A stretch of DNA of 64,000 nucleotides from Ferroacidibacillus organovorans (GTDB taxonomy: Bacteria > Bacillota > Bacilli > Alicyclobacillales > SLC66): contig NZ_LSUQ01000010.1 in NCBI RefSeq assembly GCF_001642725.1, forward strand, positions 1 through 64,000. Reading direction: 5' to 3'. The notes under the pieces were generated by a model. It saw nothing but the letters and a program-made list of their open reading frames with translations. It had not been told where the DNA came from and searched no databases. Below, piece after piece: positions 17,526 to 27,123 of this stretch (position 1 is the first letter of the stretch; each line of letters opens with the position of its first letter). Position numbers and translations under genes: made by a program.

Positions 17526-17577
17526 AAGGTGGTCCGCTGCTTCGATTTCATGTGAATGTAGAGGCATGAACGCCTGG
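17526..17577 (+). promoter_or_regulatory. probable L19 leader (ribosomal protein autoregulatory RNA)
   Basis: AGGTGGTCCGCTGC...GCATGAACGCCT stem just upstream of rplS RBS, downstream of extended -10 TGGTATACT (17504-17512). Confidence 0.6.
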
Positions 17578-17594
17578 CGGGAGGAGGTTGGTTT

Positions 17595-17939
17595 ATGAAC
17601 CAGTTGTTGCGAGAAATCGTTGCTGAGCAGTTGCGCAGTGACTTTCCAAAGTTTCGCCCTGGGGATACGGTGCGTGTGCATGTTAAAGTGCGCGAGGGCA
17701 CGCGTGAACGAATTCAGGTGTTTGAAGGCGTTGTGATTCGCCGTCGCGGCACATCTGTGAGTGAGACATTCACAGTACGCAAAGTATCGTATGGTGTGGG
17801 TGTTGAGCGAACATTCCCACTGCACACACCAAAGATTGACAAGCTTGAAGTGATGCGCCGTGGTAAAGTTCGCCGCGCAAAACTTTACTATCTCCGTAAT
17901 TTGCGAGGTAAGAAAGCGCGTATTAAAGAACGCATCTAG
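17595..17939 (+). CDS. rplS: 50S ribosomal protein L19
   Basis: [35 protein letters not shown]. Confidence 0.98.
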   Translation: MNQLLREIVAEQLRSDFPKFRPGDTVRVHVKVREGTRERIQVFEGVVIRRRGTSVSETFTVRKVSYGVGVERTFPLHTPKIDKLEVMRRGKVRRAKLYYLRNLRGKKARIKERI

Positions 17940-17947
17940 CTTGCGAG

Positions 17948-17986
17948 GAGAAGGAGGCTTGGATTATCCAAGTCTCTTTTCTTTTA
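17948..17986 (+). terminator. probable intrinsic terminator after rplS
   Basis: GAGGCTTGGA / TCCAAGTCTC stem followed by T-rich tract. Confidence 0.65.
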
Positions 17987-18004
17987 TTCCGGATGGGAAA
18001 GAGA

Positions 18005-18901
18005 ATGAATGTGAGCATTCAATGGTTTCCCGGCCATATGGCCAAAGCAAAGCGAGAAATTCAAGCGAATTTATCCCTTGTCGACGTGGTAATCGAACTG
18101 CGTGACGCGCGATTGCCAGAATCGAGCGGCAATCCTCTTCTGTCTGAGTTGCTCCAGCAAAAGATACGCGTTTTAGCGTTGACGAAGGCCGATTTGGCGG
18201 ATCCTTCCGAGACACAACGCTTCTGCTCATACTATAAGTCTGTCGGCATGGGCGTGGATGCAGTGATCCCTGTGAACATACGCAAAAATGTTGGGTTAAA
18301 ATCTTTGAAATTGGCGTGTGAGCAGGCGATGGAGAGTAAGTTTGAACGCATGGCAAAACGAGGGATTCGCAAACGCGCAGTACGCGCGATGGTTGTGGGC
18401 ATTCCCAATGTGGGAAAATCTTCGTTGATCAATGCGATGGCTGGCCGAAGTGTTGCAAAGACTGGAGATCGTCCCGGAGTAACGCAATCCCAACAGTGGA
18501 TTAAACTTGCTGGATCGATTGAGTTGCTTGATACGCCAGGGCTTCTTTGGCCGAAATTTGAGGATCGGGATGCAGCGCTGCGCCTGGCGTGGTCGGGTGC
18601 GATAAAATCCAGTCTGCTTCGACCTGTCGAGCTTGCACTGGCACTTCTCACTTTCATGAATGAACACTACCCAATTGCTCTAGAATCACGCTATGGTGTA
18701 AAACCGTTTGCGTCTGTGAATGATGAACAGGTGCTTGGTGTTTTAGAACAAATTGGCATGCGTCGGGGCGCGCTGCGCAGCGGTGGCCAGGTTGACGATG
18801 AACTTGCGGCACAAATGCTCTTGCGCGATTACCAGACGGGGCTTCTTGGACCGATGACGCTTGAGAAGGCGCCGAGTGTTGAGGGGCAGATGCTTGAGTG
18901 A
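18005..18901 (+). CDS. rbgA: ribosome biogenesis GTPase RbgA/YlqF
   Basis: IQWFPGHMAKA, TKAD, GIPNVGKS, DTPG (circularly permuted GTPase). Confidence 0.96.
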   Translation: MNVSIQWFPGHMAKAKREIQANLSLVDVVIELRDARLPESSGNPLLSELLQQKIRVLALTKADLADPSETQRFCSYYKSVGMGVDAVIPVNIRKNVGLKSLKLACEQAMESKFERMAKRGIRKRAVRAMVVGIPNVGKSSLINAMAGRSVAKTGDRPGVTQSQQWIKLAGSIELLDTPGLLWPKFEDRDAALRLAWSGAIKSSLLRPVELALALLTFMNEHYPIALESRYGVKPFASVNDEQVLGVLEQIGMRRGALRSGGQVDDELAAQMLLRDYQTGLLGPMTLEKAPSVEGQMLE

Positions 18902-19932
18902 AACCCACAAAAAAAGACGCTGCCTATGCAGCGTATCGATTCGACCAAATGCTGCGGTGTGACTACCCGCAATTGGCTGGCATCGATGAGGCTGGACGCG
19001 GTCCGCTTGCGGGGCCAGTTGTGGCGGCAGTCGTCCTTTTGCCTCCGGATCGATCCGACGATTTGTATTATGACTCAAAGGTCCTCACTGAGCGTGAGCG
19101 GGAAGTCGCATTCGCGTCGATTATGACACATGCGCTTGATGTGCAGGTTGGCATAATTGATTCTAACGCGATTGACCATTACAATATCTTACAGGCTACG
19201 TTTCAGGCAGCTCGTGTCGCGGTGAATCAACTGCGGCATGTGCCTGATCTCTACTTAATTGACGGTATGCACGTACCTGAATTGGATGCGCCTCAGCGAA
19301 AGTTGATCAAAGGGGACGCAACGAGCCAATCCATTGCTGCCGCTTCAATTGTTGCAAAGGTGACACGAGATCACCTGATGATTGAACTTGACCAGCAGTA
19401 CCCAGAGTATGGCTTTGCTAAACACAAAGGATATGGTACGGCGCTACACTTAGAGCGACTCTCGATGTACGGACCGTGCGCTGCGCATCGCAAGACGTTT
19501 GCACCCGTTCGTGAACGCTTACAAGTTCGTGAACCCGTAAATGATCGTCGAGTGAGCGTATCAGATGAAGCAAGAGCGATTCAAGGCGCTAGTTCAGAAT
19601 CGTATGCGCGCGAGTATCTTGAACAGCAGGGATGGAAATTACTCGCGCAAAATTGGCGATGTTCACTAGGCGAACTCGATTTGATCTTTGAGTCTTTCAA
19701 TGAGATTATCTGCGTTGAGGTGCGCTCAAAGAAAGCGGCTTCTCTCAACGATGCGCTACGCCTTGCGGGAGAGTCGATTTCGCGAGTGAAGAAGAATAAG
19801 GTTCGCCAATTGGCAGAGATTTTTGCCAGGAGCAATCACGTGGATCCGCGTCGTATGCGGTGTGATGTCGTACTTGTAGGAATTTCTGAGAATGGAGAAT
19901 GGGAAATTTCCCATATTCCGTCTGTGCTGTGA
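18898..19932 (+). CDS. rnhB: ribonuclease HII fused to C-terminal YraN (UPF0102) nuclease domain
   Basis: GIDEAGRGPLAGP, SIAAASIVAKVTRD, HKGYGT then G..SE..A..YLEQQG, NWRC..GELDLI, VEVR, RCDVV in one frame. Confidence 0.9.
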   Translation: MKPTKKDAAYAAYRFDQMLRCDYPQLAGIDEAGRGPLAGPVVAAVVLLPPDRSDDLYYDSKVLTEREREVAFASIMTHALDVQVGIIDSNAIDHYNILQATFQAARVAVNQLRHVPDLYLIDGMHVPELDAPQRKLIKGDATSQSIAAASIVAKVTRDHLMIELDQQYPEYGFAKHKGYGTALHLERLSMYGPCAAHRKTFAPVRERLQVREPVNDRRVSVSDEARAIQGASSESYAREYLEQQGWKLLAQNWRCSLGELDLIFESFNEIICVEVRSKKAASLNDALRLAGESISRVKKNKVRQLAEIFARSNHVDPRRMRCDVVLVGISENGEWEISHIPSVL

Positions 19933-19998
19933 CGAATGAACGTCGCAATCACGTCGTAATTAAAATATAGACAGAATAAGATCAGGGGTGGATAGACT

Positions 19999-20280
19999 GT
20001 GGTTATTACCATTATTGTGGGTATTGTGGCTCTTTTATTGGGCCTTATCGGCGGCTTCTTCTTAGGAGCGTGGGCCTTGAGACGCAGTATGGCAAATGCC
20101 GATTTAGGTGATCAGGAGATCATCGATATGGCTAAAAAAATGGGGAGAAATCTCAACCCGCGTCAAGTTCAAATGATTCGTCAACAGATGAAAAAGGCAG
20201 GCAATAATCCTCCTCCGCTTTTGGGCAAAAGAGCGAGTGACAAAGGCAAGGGGAAGGTTTCTGCAATGAAGAAAAAATGA
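19999..20280 (+). CDS. YneF/UPF0154-like small membrane protein
   Basis: N-terminal TM ending GGFFLG, then I..M.KKMGR..N..QV.M; AGGGG RBS. Confidence 0.7.
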   Translation: MVITIIVGIVALLLGLIGGFFLGAWALRRSMANADLGDQEIIDMAKKMGRNLNPRQVQMIRQQMKKAGNNPPPLLGKRASDKGKGKVSAMKKK

Positions 20281-20388
20281 CACAGGTTCAGTGTTAGGAA
20301 CTTGTGCGATGGTAATGCGTATTGAGCGATCGCGATGAGCAAAACAATTTAAAACAGTGGAACGCCTGTCATCTGCGTAATTTCGATG

Positions 20389-21285
20389 CTAAAGGCGTTC
20401 TTTTCTTTGTTTTTCGTCCAGGATTCGCAAGATGGTATCCATTCGCTCTTTTGTATAGGCGTAACCGGCTTCTGCAACGGCTGTCAGTCGATCAAATTGA
20501 AGTGCCCCGATCGGTCCGACGGGAGGTGTTAAAAAAATGTCTGCTGTTCTTGATGAGAGCGCAGCGTGGCGAGCCAATCCGATATTGACCATCTGTTGGA
20601 ATAGATGGCGAGGGCGAAGTGACAAGCGAGAAGGCAGTCGCAAAAACGGTGTAATCGTGTCGGACGCGATGACAAAGTCTGCACCTAGCGCGCGTGCAGG
20701 TTCTACGGGACAATTGTCAATGAGCCCCCCATCTGCGAGAATGCGTTGGTTGAACATGACAGGTTGAAACACGAGTGGAATACTAATGCTGGCGCGTATT
20801 GCCCGCGCAAGCGTAATGTCCTCTTCGGTGTCCCACAATGCGATCGCTCGCTCATTGAGCGCTTGAATGGAAGGGGACGGACAAGGACGAGAGGAAAAGA
20901 CAATCTCTCGACCATTCTGCATGTCAGTGGCGACAATCGCGAGTGGCTTTTTTACATCACGAAGTGCGATCCCTTTTGTTTTTTCAAAAATGAAATGCTC
21001 TAAGCGATCACCGCGTAATAACCCCCCTTTACGCTCTCGCTTAGTCCAGAATGTCAAAAGACTTGTATCAGGATCAAGGTATCTACGATTAAGTGTCGGC
21101 AGTGTACTTAACATATCTTCAATCGAGTTGTCAGCAGCGTAGAGGCCAGCCACCATTGCGCCACTGCTTGTTCCGCTAACGATTTCCGGGTGGATACCGC
21201 CTTCAGTCAACGCTTGTAAAACGCCGATGTGCGCACCTCCTGACGCGCCTCCACCAGCAAAGGTGAGTCCCACCAGCACATGCAT
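20389..21285 (-). CDS. patatin-like phospholipase
   Basis: GGGASGGAHIG, GTSSG (GxSxG), ASISIP, DGG motifs. Confidence 0.92.
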   Translation of the reverse strand: MHVLVGLTFAGGGASGGAHIGVLQALTEGGIHPEIVSGTSSGAMVAGLYAADNSIEDMLSTLPTLNRRYLDPDTSLLTFWTKRERKGGLLRGDRLEHFIFEKTKGIALRDVKKPLAIVATDMQNGREIVFSSRPCPSPSIQALNERAIALWDTEEDITLARAIRASISIPLVFQPVMFNQRILADGGLIDNCPVEPARALGADFVIASDTITPFLRLPSRLSLRPRHLFQQMVNIGLARHAALSSRTADIFLTPPVGPIGALQFDRLTAVAEAGYAYTKERMDTILRILDEKQRKERL

Positions 21286-21358
21286 TCCATCCTTTCGTTC
21301 ATTTTCTTAAGGAAGTATATCAATGGAGCGTGATTTCTACCGCAAATCGGAAAAGATG

Positions 21359-22918
21359 TCACACCTCAACAGGAGTATTTTCAACCCGATGCAGAGCGCG
21401 CATGAGAACAGCCTCTGCAAGATCCGAAGAAATTATTTCGATGCGGTTGTCGAGATAGGCAATGGTTTGTGCCACACGCAAAATTCGCTTTGCGCTGCGC
21501 ATGTTAAGGTGCAACTGATTGGCTAGGCGAGAGAATAATTCTTGCGTTGCGGGCGCTAGAGATGAGAGAGTGAAGGAATCCGCACGATTTTCGACAAGTT
21601 GTTCGTGATGTGCTTTTAATTTACGCGCGTGAATGACCTGTTCCCGCGCGATTCCAGATGTTAAGATCATATCACATGATGATGGTGATTGATTTTCGGA
21701 GAGACTGACTGTATACTCGCTTTCCATCCAGACGCTCATATCAAATCGATCGAGTAGTGGACCTGAAAGTTTTGCTTGATACCGTCGAATGGAATTCGTG
21801 TCACATCTGCAAGCATGTGCGGTTGAGCCCGCATAGCCGCACGGACATGGATTCATCGCTGCGATTAAAAGAAATTGGCTCGGAAATGTGCAAGAAAGCG
21901 AAGAGCGCGCGATCGTAATGGAACCGGCTTCAAGAGGTTGACGCAAACCCTCTAGGGCTTGACGAGTAAACTCGGGTAACTCGTCCAAGAAGAGGACGCC
22001 GTGGTGCGCCAGGCTCACTTCGCCAGGCCGGGGTTGTGCTCCGCCTCCCAGCAACCCTTGCGTGGATACGGTGTGATGTGGTGAGCGAAATGGTCGCAAA
22101 TCATGGTCTTGCATAGGTATTCCAGCGACGCTGTAGATTTGGCGAAGAGAGCTCAGTTCGAGCTGCGTAAGTGGGGGGAGTAACGTTTTTAGCCGTTCTG
22201 CGAGCATGCTTTTTCCCGATCCGGGAGGCCCGCACAACAAAATAGGGTGATTTCCTGCGGCTGCGATCAAGAGTGCCCGTTTAGCGACGCGCTGTCCAAT
22301 CAGATCTGATAAGTCAAGCGATTGATGTTTGATGTGATGCTTGAGAGAAGTTTGCGCAATAATCGAAGCGGCTGTCCCAGCGTGATGAGTTGTGTGTTTG
22401 CTTATGTCCCCATCGCGGAGCCAACCTATGACATTAGCTAAATTGTTAAAGGTCAACAGCGTTTTTTGCTCTGAACACAAAGGGCGGATTTCATCGGATG
22501 AAGGCGAGATGACCACCGATTGAAGCGATTGATCAAGCGCGAATTCAGCCGCTGTGTACAGCCCGCGAAAACCTCGTAAACTGCCATCGAGCGCCAATTC
22601 GCCCAATGCGATATGGTGGGATGGGAGTGGTGTGATTTGTTGGGTTGCTGAGAGAATGGTCAATGCGATCGCTAAATCAAGCCCAGTCCCATTTTTTCTC
22701 CAATCAGAAGGTGATAAGCTGATCACAATGCGACCTTTAGGCCATTGATATCCCGAATTGATCAGCGCGGATCGGACGCGCTCTTTGGCTTCGCGAATGG
22801 ATGACGCAGGTAGTCCCACAAGTTCAAACGTAGGCAATCCGTTTTGGACATCACCTTCAACACCAACCATAAAGCCATTCAGACCGTTCAAGGCGACGCT
22901 ATACACGACGGTGTACAC
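21359..22918 (-). CDS. comM: YifB/ComM family Mg-chelatase-like AAA+ ATPase
   Basis: LVGLP..IREAKERVRSA, GPPGSGKSMLA, RPFRSPHH, LAHHGVLFLDE, AAMNPCPCG, SGPLLDR. Confidence 0.92.
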   Translation of the reverse strand: MYTVVYSVALNGLNGFMVGVEGDVQNGLPTFELVGLPASSIREAKERVRSALINSGYQWPKGRIVISLSPSDWRKNGTGLDLAIALTILSATQQITPLPSHHIALGELALDGSLRGFRGLYTAAEFALDQSLQSVVISPSSDEIRPLCSEQKTLLTFNNLANVIGWLRDGDISKHTTHHAGTAASIIAQTSLKHHIKHQSLDLSDLIGQRVAKRALLIAAAGNHPILLCGPPGSGKSMLAERLKTLLPPLTQLELSSLRQIYSVAGIPMQDHDLRPFRSPHHTVSTQGLLGGGAQPRPGEVSLAHHGVLFLDELPEFTRQALEGLRQPLEAGSITIARSSLSCTFPSQFLLIAAMNPCPCGYAGSTAHACRCDTNSIRRYQAKLSGPLLDRFDMSVWMESEYTVSLSENQSPSSCDMILTSGIAREQVIHARKLKAHHEQLVENRADSFTLSSLAPATQELFSRLANQLHLNMRSAKRILRVAQTIAYLDNRIEIISSDLAEAVLMRALHRVENTPVEV

Positions 22919-22986
22919 AAAATAAACCCCCGTTTCTCTCTAAGCATATGAGAAGAGAACGAGGTTGACCATGCCGTATAGCAGAA

Positions 22987-23412
22987 TTACTGCTGATTTT
23001 GAAAATCTCTCGTTTGGTTAAGGTGAAGTGCGTGGATATCACAGAGTGTTTTTCGCACCTCGTCGATCCAGGCCACATCACCGAGTTCTTGCGCCACATT
23101 CCACACATCGAGCAAATGATCGATTTGCGCTTCCGTGACATAAGGTTTGGACGATGGATCAGGACCCGGGTACATCGCCAAAATAGCATCAATCTGCCCA
23201 CTCGCGAGAATGTCGAAAAGGCTTGCGCGCTTTAGGCCATCTGTCTCACAGTGATGGGTATAGAGTGTAACTTCCGTAAAAATTTGCGGTGCCACGCGCA
23301 TGGTGTGACAGGTGTGGCAGAAAAGGAATGGAACATCTGTGAGCAGTACACCGCCTTCGGAGTATAAGGGCGCTAAACGAGCAGTCATGGTGGTACCACA
23401 GCAGAAGTCCAT
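22987..23412 (-). CDS. hypothetical protein with Cys-rich zinc-ribbon-like N-terminus
   Basis: start re-placed at ATG 23412 (MDFCCG) after AGGGGG; CC...VP..CHTC pattern; helical C-terminus (IDHLLD). Confidence 0.75.
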   Translation of the reverse strand: MDFCCGTTMTARLAPLYSEGGVLLTDVPFLFCHTCHTMRVAPQIFTEVTLYTHHCETDGLKRASLFDILASGQIDAILAMYPGPDPSSKPYVTEAQIDHLLDVWNVAQELGDVAWIDEVRKTLCDIHALHLNQTRDFQNQQ

Positions 23413-23436
23413 TTCAATTCCCCCTTGTATAATTGT

Positions 23437-23464
23437 ATTATAACAGAGCTGTTGTTTCTTGCAA
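23437..23464 (-). promoter_or_regulatory. sigma-A-type promoter for hypothetical-comM-patatin genes
   Basis: minus strand TTGCAA-N16-TATAAT with extended TG. Confidence 0.6.
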
Positions 23465-23498
23465 TACCGATACAGCATTTTCACACTTCTTCCACCTG

Positions 23499-23527
23499 TT
23501 GTCCATAAGGTTATAAACCAGTAAAAT
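23499..23527 (+). promoter_or_regulatory. sigma-A-type promoter for MFS gene
   Basis: TTGTCC-N17-TAAAAT. Confidence 0.55.
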
Positions 23528-23554
23528 GATACGAAAAAAGGGGATTAATCGTCA

Positions 23555-24775
23555 GTGTTAACGCGTGAATCTTTAAGCCGATTACTCCACTTGCCGAGAG
23601 ATATGAAGATTTTTCTTTGGACAGACGCTTGCTTTGGATTGTCGATAGGAATCTCGAATACGCTATTAAATCTCCATCTCAACGCGCTCGGATACGGCGC
23701 GACCATGCTCTCCCTGGTCAATGATGTGGTGCCTATGGTGGCGCTTATCCTCTCCGTACCGCTTGGACATCTGGCGGATCGCTATGGACGAAGCAAGACG
23801 CTGTGGCTCGGGACTCTGCTCATGGCACTTGGGGCGGTGCTCGTCCCCTTGTTTTTGACGAGACTGGGAATTCTATTTGGAGAGGTCGTATTTGCAGTCG
23901 GCCAGGCGATGATTATGTCTACTGAATTCGCCGTCGTCGCGCAGTACATGCCAGCCAATGACCGCCATTTTAGCATTTCACTCGTTTACGCAAACTTTAC
24001 ATTGATGATCGGAATAGGGGCGCTGCTCGGTGGTTTTTTGCCAGCGCATCTGCCGCTTTTTCACACCCTATACGGCTCAACGCTCTTGCTTGGAGGACTG
24101 ATTTTTCTTATCGCCCCAGTCGGGCGGTTATTTCTTACACCCGTTCCGTCGATGCACAAGCAAGGTGAGAAACCGGCAGCTCTCTTTGAGCGACCGAATC
24201 GTCAGATTCTTACGTTCTCGATTTTTTCCTTTATTTCGGGACTTGCTTATGGTTTTGTCGGGCCGTATTTGAATCTGATCATTAAAAATCAATTTCACAT
24301 GTCGGTGTCGCTGATTGGTCTTTTGCTCGCGCTTAATCAATGCGCGCTTTTCATCGGATCCGTAAGTACCTCGTGGCTCGTCGAGCGATTTGCTTTACAA
24401 CGCACGATTGCCTTTTTGCTGATAATCGTTTCACTATCCTACGCAAGTCTTGGCTTTGGAGCTTCGTTTTTACTATTTATTGTGCTTTTACTTATTCAAT
24501 CAATGAGCAGTATGGCCTTTTTTCCACTGCTCGACAGTACAGCAATCGATGTCGTTCGCGACGCGTTACGCGCAAAAATGCAATCGTATCGAGCGCTTTT
24601 TCGCGGTGTTGGGAATGTGATTTCCGTTTATACCGGAGGGCTATGTTTGGCGCACCATGCATATGGGCTCGCTTTTTTATTGACGGGTTTCATCTATGGG
24701 GGAATGCTCATCTACTATCTTCGCTTCATTCGTTCACAGATTGGAAACACATCCAGTGAAACGCTTGGCGCCTAG
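23555..24775 (+). CDS. MFS transporter
   Basis: ~12 hydrophobic segments; motif A GHLADRYGRSK. Confidence 0.9.
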   Translation: MLTRESLSRLLHLPRDMKIFLWTDACFGLSIGISNTLLNLHLNALGYGATMLSLVNDVVPMVALILSVPLGHLADRYGRSKTLWLGTLLMALGAVLVPLFLTRLGILFGEVVFAVGQAMIMSTEFAVVAQYMPANDRHFSISLVYANFTLMIGIGALLGGFLPAHLPLFHTLYGSTLLLGGLIFLIAPVGRLFLTPVPSMHKQGEKPAALFERPNRQILTFSIFSFISGLAYGFVGPYLNLIIKNQFHMSVSLIGLLLALNQCALFIGSVSTSWLVERFALQRTIAFLLIIVSLSYASLGFGASFLLFIVLLLIQSMSSMAFFPLLDSTAIDVVRDALRAKMQSYRALFRGVGNVISVYTGGLCLAHHAYGLAFLLTGFIYGGMLIYYLRFIRSQIGNTSSETLGA

Positions 24776-24827
24776 TGGGTGTAACGCAGAAAGAAAGGAA
24801 TTTACGTCATCAACGTGTTCCTGATCC

Positions 24828-24856
24828 TTGAAATTTGTACCCTATTCGGTCATACT
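24828..24856 (+). promoter_or_regulatory. sigma-A-type promoter for sucCD
   Basis: TTGAAA-N17-CATACT. Confidence 0.55.
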
Positions 24857-24935
24857 TCGAGAGTCAGGATTGTCTTATTCACAGAGTTTTTTCACTCAGT
24901 TTGGCGCGAGTTCATCGTGCTCGGGAGGAATAGGC

Positions 24936-26093
24936 ATGAATATTCACGAGTATCAAGCAAAATCCGTTTTAAAACAGTACGGTGTTTCGGTACCCGATGG
25001 AACGGTTGCCTTTACAGTAGAAGAAGCTGTAAAAGCTGCAGAAGTTTTCGGTGGCCGGGCGGTTGTGAAAGCGCAGATTCATGCGGGTGGTCGAGGCAAA
25101 GCGGGTGGGGTAAAGCTTGCGCGATCGATGGATGAAGTGCGCGCGCACGCGCAGGAAATTCTCGGAAAAACGCTTGTGACCCATCAAACGGGTCCTGAAG
25201 GTAAAGTGGTCAAACGACTTCTCATCGAAGCGCTTACGGATATTAAAAAAGAGTATTATATTGGCGTCGTAGTCGACCGAGCGACCAGTCGGGTTGTGCT
25301 TATGGGTTCTGAAGAAGGCGGGATGGAGATCGAAGAAGTCGCCGCTCACTCACCCGAAAAGATTTTCCGACAAGTGGTTGATCCGGCTGTTGGACTTCGC
25401 CCTTTTCAGGCTCGCGCCTTGGCCTACGCGATGAATATTCCGACAGATCTCATTTCAAAAGCGGCAGAATTCATGCTTTCACTTTATCAGGCGTTTGTCG
25501 ATAAGGATTGTTCGATCGCCGAAATCAATCCGCTTGTTGTCACAGGAGACGGAAATGTGATGGCACTGGACGCAAAATTGAATTTTGACAGTAATGCTCT
25601 TTATCGACATAAAGATATTCTTCAATTGCGCGATCTTAATGAAGAGGATGACAGAGAGATCGAGGCTTCGAAGTATGATTTGAGTTACATTTCCCTCGCT
25701 GGAAATATTGGTTGCATGGTCAATGGCGCTGGACTCGCAATGGCGACAATGGATACGATTAAGTACTTTGGAGGATCTCCGGCAAACTTTCTTGACGTGG
25801 GCGGTGGCGCAACGGAAGAAAAGGTCACTGCAGCGTTTAAAATCATCCTCTCGGATCCTGGCGTCAAAGGGATTCTCGTGAACATTTTTGGTGGCATTAT
25901 GAAATGTGACGTCATCGCAAATGGCGTGATTGCCGCCGCTCGACAAATCGGTCTTGATCGTCCTTTGGTTGTTCGCTTGGAAGGAACGAATGTAGAACTA
26001 GGAAAAAAATTGCTCGCTGAGTCAGGTCTTGCAATTTCATCAGCCGATTCACTCGCTGAGGCGGCACAAAAGATCATTCAATTGGTTCAATAA
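24936..26093 (+). CDS. sucC: succinyl-CoA synthetase beta subunit
   Basis: [47 protein letters not shown]. Confidence 0.98.
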   Translation: MNIHEYQAKSVLKQYGVSVPDGTVAFTVEEAVKAAEVFGGRAVVKAQIHAGGRGKAGGVKLARSMDEVRAHAQEILGKTLVTHQTGPEGKVVKRLLIEALTDIKKEYYIGVVVDRATSRVVLMGSEEGGMEIEEVAAHSPEKIFRQVVDPAVGLRPFQARALAYAMNIPTDLISKAAEFMLSLYQAFVDKDCSIAEINPLVVTGDGNVMALDAKLNFDSNALYRHKDILQLRDLNEEDDREIEASKYDLSYISLAGNIGCMVNGAGLAMATMDTIKYFGGSPANFLDVGGGATEEKVTAAFKIILSDPGVKGILVNIFGGIMKCDVIANGVIAAARQIGLDRPLVVRLEGTNVELGKKLLAESGLAISSADSLAEAAQKIIQLVQ

Positions 26094-26114
26094 GATAGAA
26101 CAGGAGGGATTTTC

Positions 26115-27020
26115 TTGAGCATTTTGGTCAATCGACAAACGCGTGTCATCACTCAAGGAATCAGTGGTAAAACTGGACTTTTTCATACACAACAAGCGAT
26201 TGCGTATGGTACAAAAATGGTTGGTGGCGTCACTCCTGGAAAGGGTGGTACGAACATAGAAGGTGTCCCTGTATTCAACACAGTTGAACAGGCAGTTCGT
26301 GAAACGGGTGCGAACGCTTCGGTGATCTACGTGCCTCCCGCGTTTGCGGCCGATGCAATCATGGAAGCGGCGGATGCGAATTTACCGCTCGTCATTTGCA
26401 TCACAGAAGGGATTCCGGTGCTCGATATGGTCCGTGTAAAGCGTTACCTTGAGGGCCGTAAAACGCGTCTCATTGGACCCAACTGTCCAGGGGTGATCAC
26501 GCCTGATGAGTGTAAGATTGGCATCATGCCTGGATACATCCACAAGCGTGGTAGAGTCGGTGTCGTAAGCCGCAGCGGAACGCTTACGTATGAAGCTGTT
26601 CATCAATTGTCGACGCTTGGCATTGGTCAATCGACAGCCGTCGGAATTGGCGGAGATCCTGTAAATGGGACGAATTTTGTCGACGTCTTGACGATGTTTA
26701 ATGAAGATCCTGAAACGGAAGCGGTCATCATGATCGGTGAGATCGGCGGTACTGCAGAAGAAGAAGCGGCAAACTATGTAAAAAATCACATGAAAAAGCC
26801 AGTGGCTGGCTTTATCGCGGGACAAAGCGCGCCTGAAGGAAAGCGCATGGGTCACGCCGGCGCGATCATCTCAGGTGGTAAAGGAACTGCCGTGGAAAAG
26901 GTTGCGGCGATGGAAGCTGCAGGAATTCACGTTGCCAAAACGCCTTCTGAGATGGGGAGTACACTTTACAAAATGCTGGAGGAACGCAATCTGCTAGAAG
27001 TTTGTAAGATTGCCCAGTGA
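26115..27020 (+). CDS. sucD: succinyl-CoA synthetase alpha subunit
   Basis: [22 protein letters not shown]. Confidence 0.98.
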   Translation: MSILVNRQTRVITQGISGKTGLFHTQQAIAYGTKMVGGVTPGKGGTNIEGVPVFNTVEQAVRETGANASVIYVPPAFAADAIMEAADANLPLVICITEGIPVLDMVRVKRYLEGRKTRLIGPNCPGVITPDECKIGIMPGYIHKRGRVGVVSRSGTLTYEAVHQLSTLGIGQSTAVGIGGDPVNGTNFVDVLTMFNEDPETEAVIMIGEIGGTAEEEAANYVKNHMKKPVAGFIAGQSAPEGKRMGHAGAIISGGKGTAVEKVAAMEAAGIHVAKTPSEMGSTLYKMLEERNLLEVCKIAQ

Positions 27021-27080
27021 GATAAGACTTCTGTATTTATCTCTGACACATGTAAATTATTTACAAAATTTGATCGCGGT

Positions 27081-27123
27081 CCCTCTGGTGATATGTGAAA
27101 CTATCGCTAGAGGGGGTTTTTTT
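27081..27123 (+). terminator. intrinsic terminator after sucCD, overlapping the dprA RBS
   Basis: CCCTCTGGTGATA / TATCGCTAGAGGG stem followed by T7. Confidence 0.7.
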
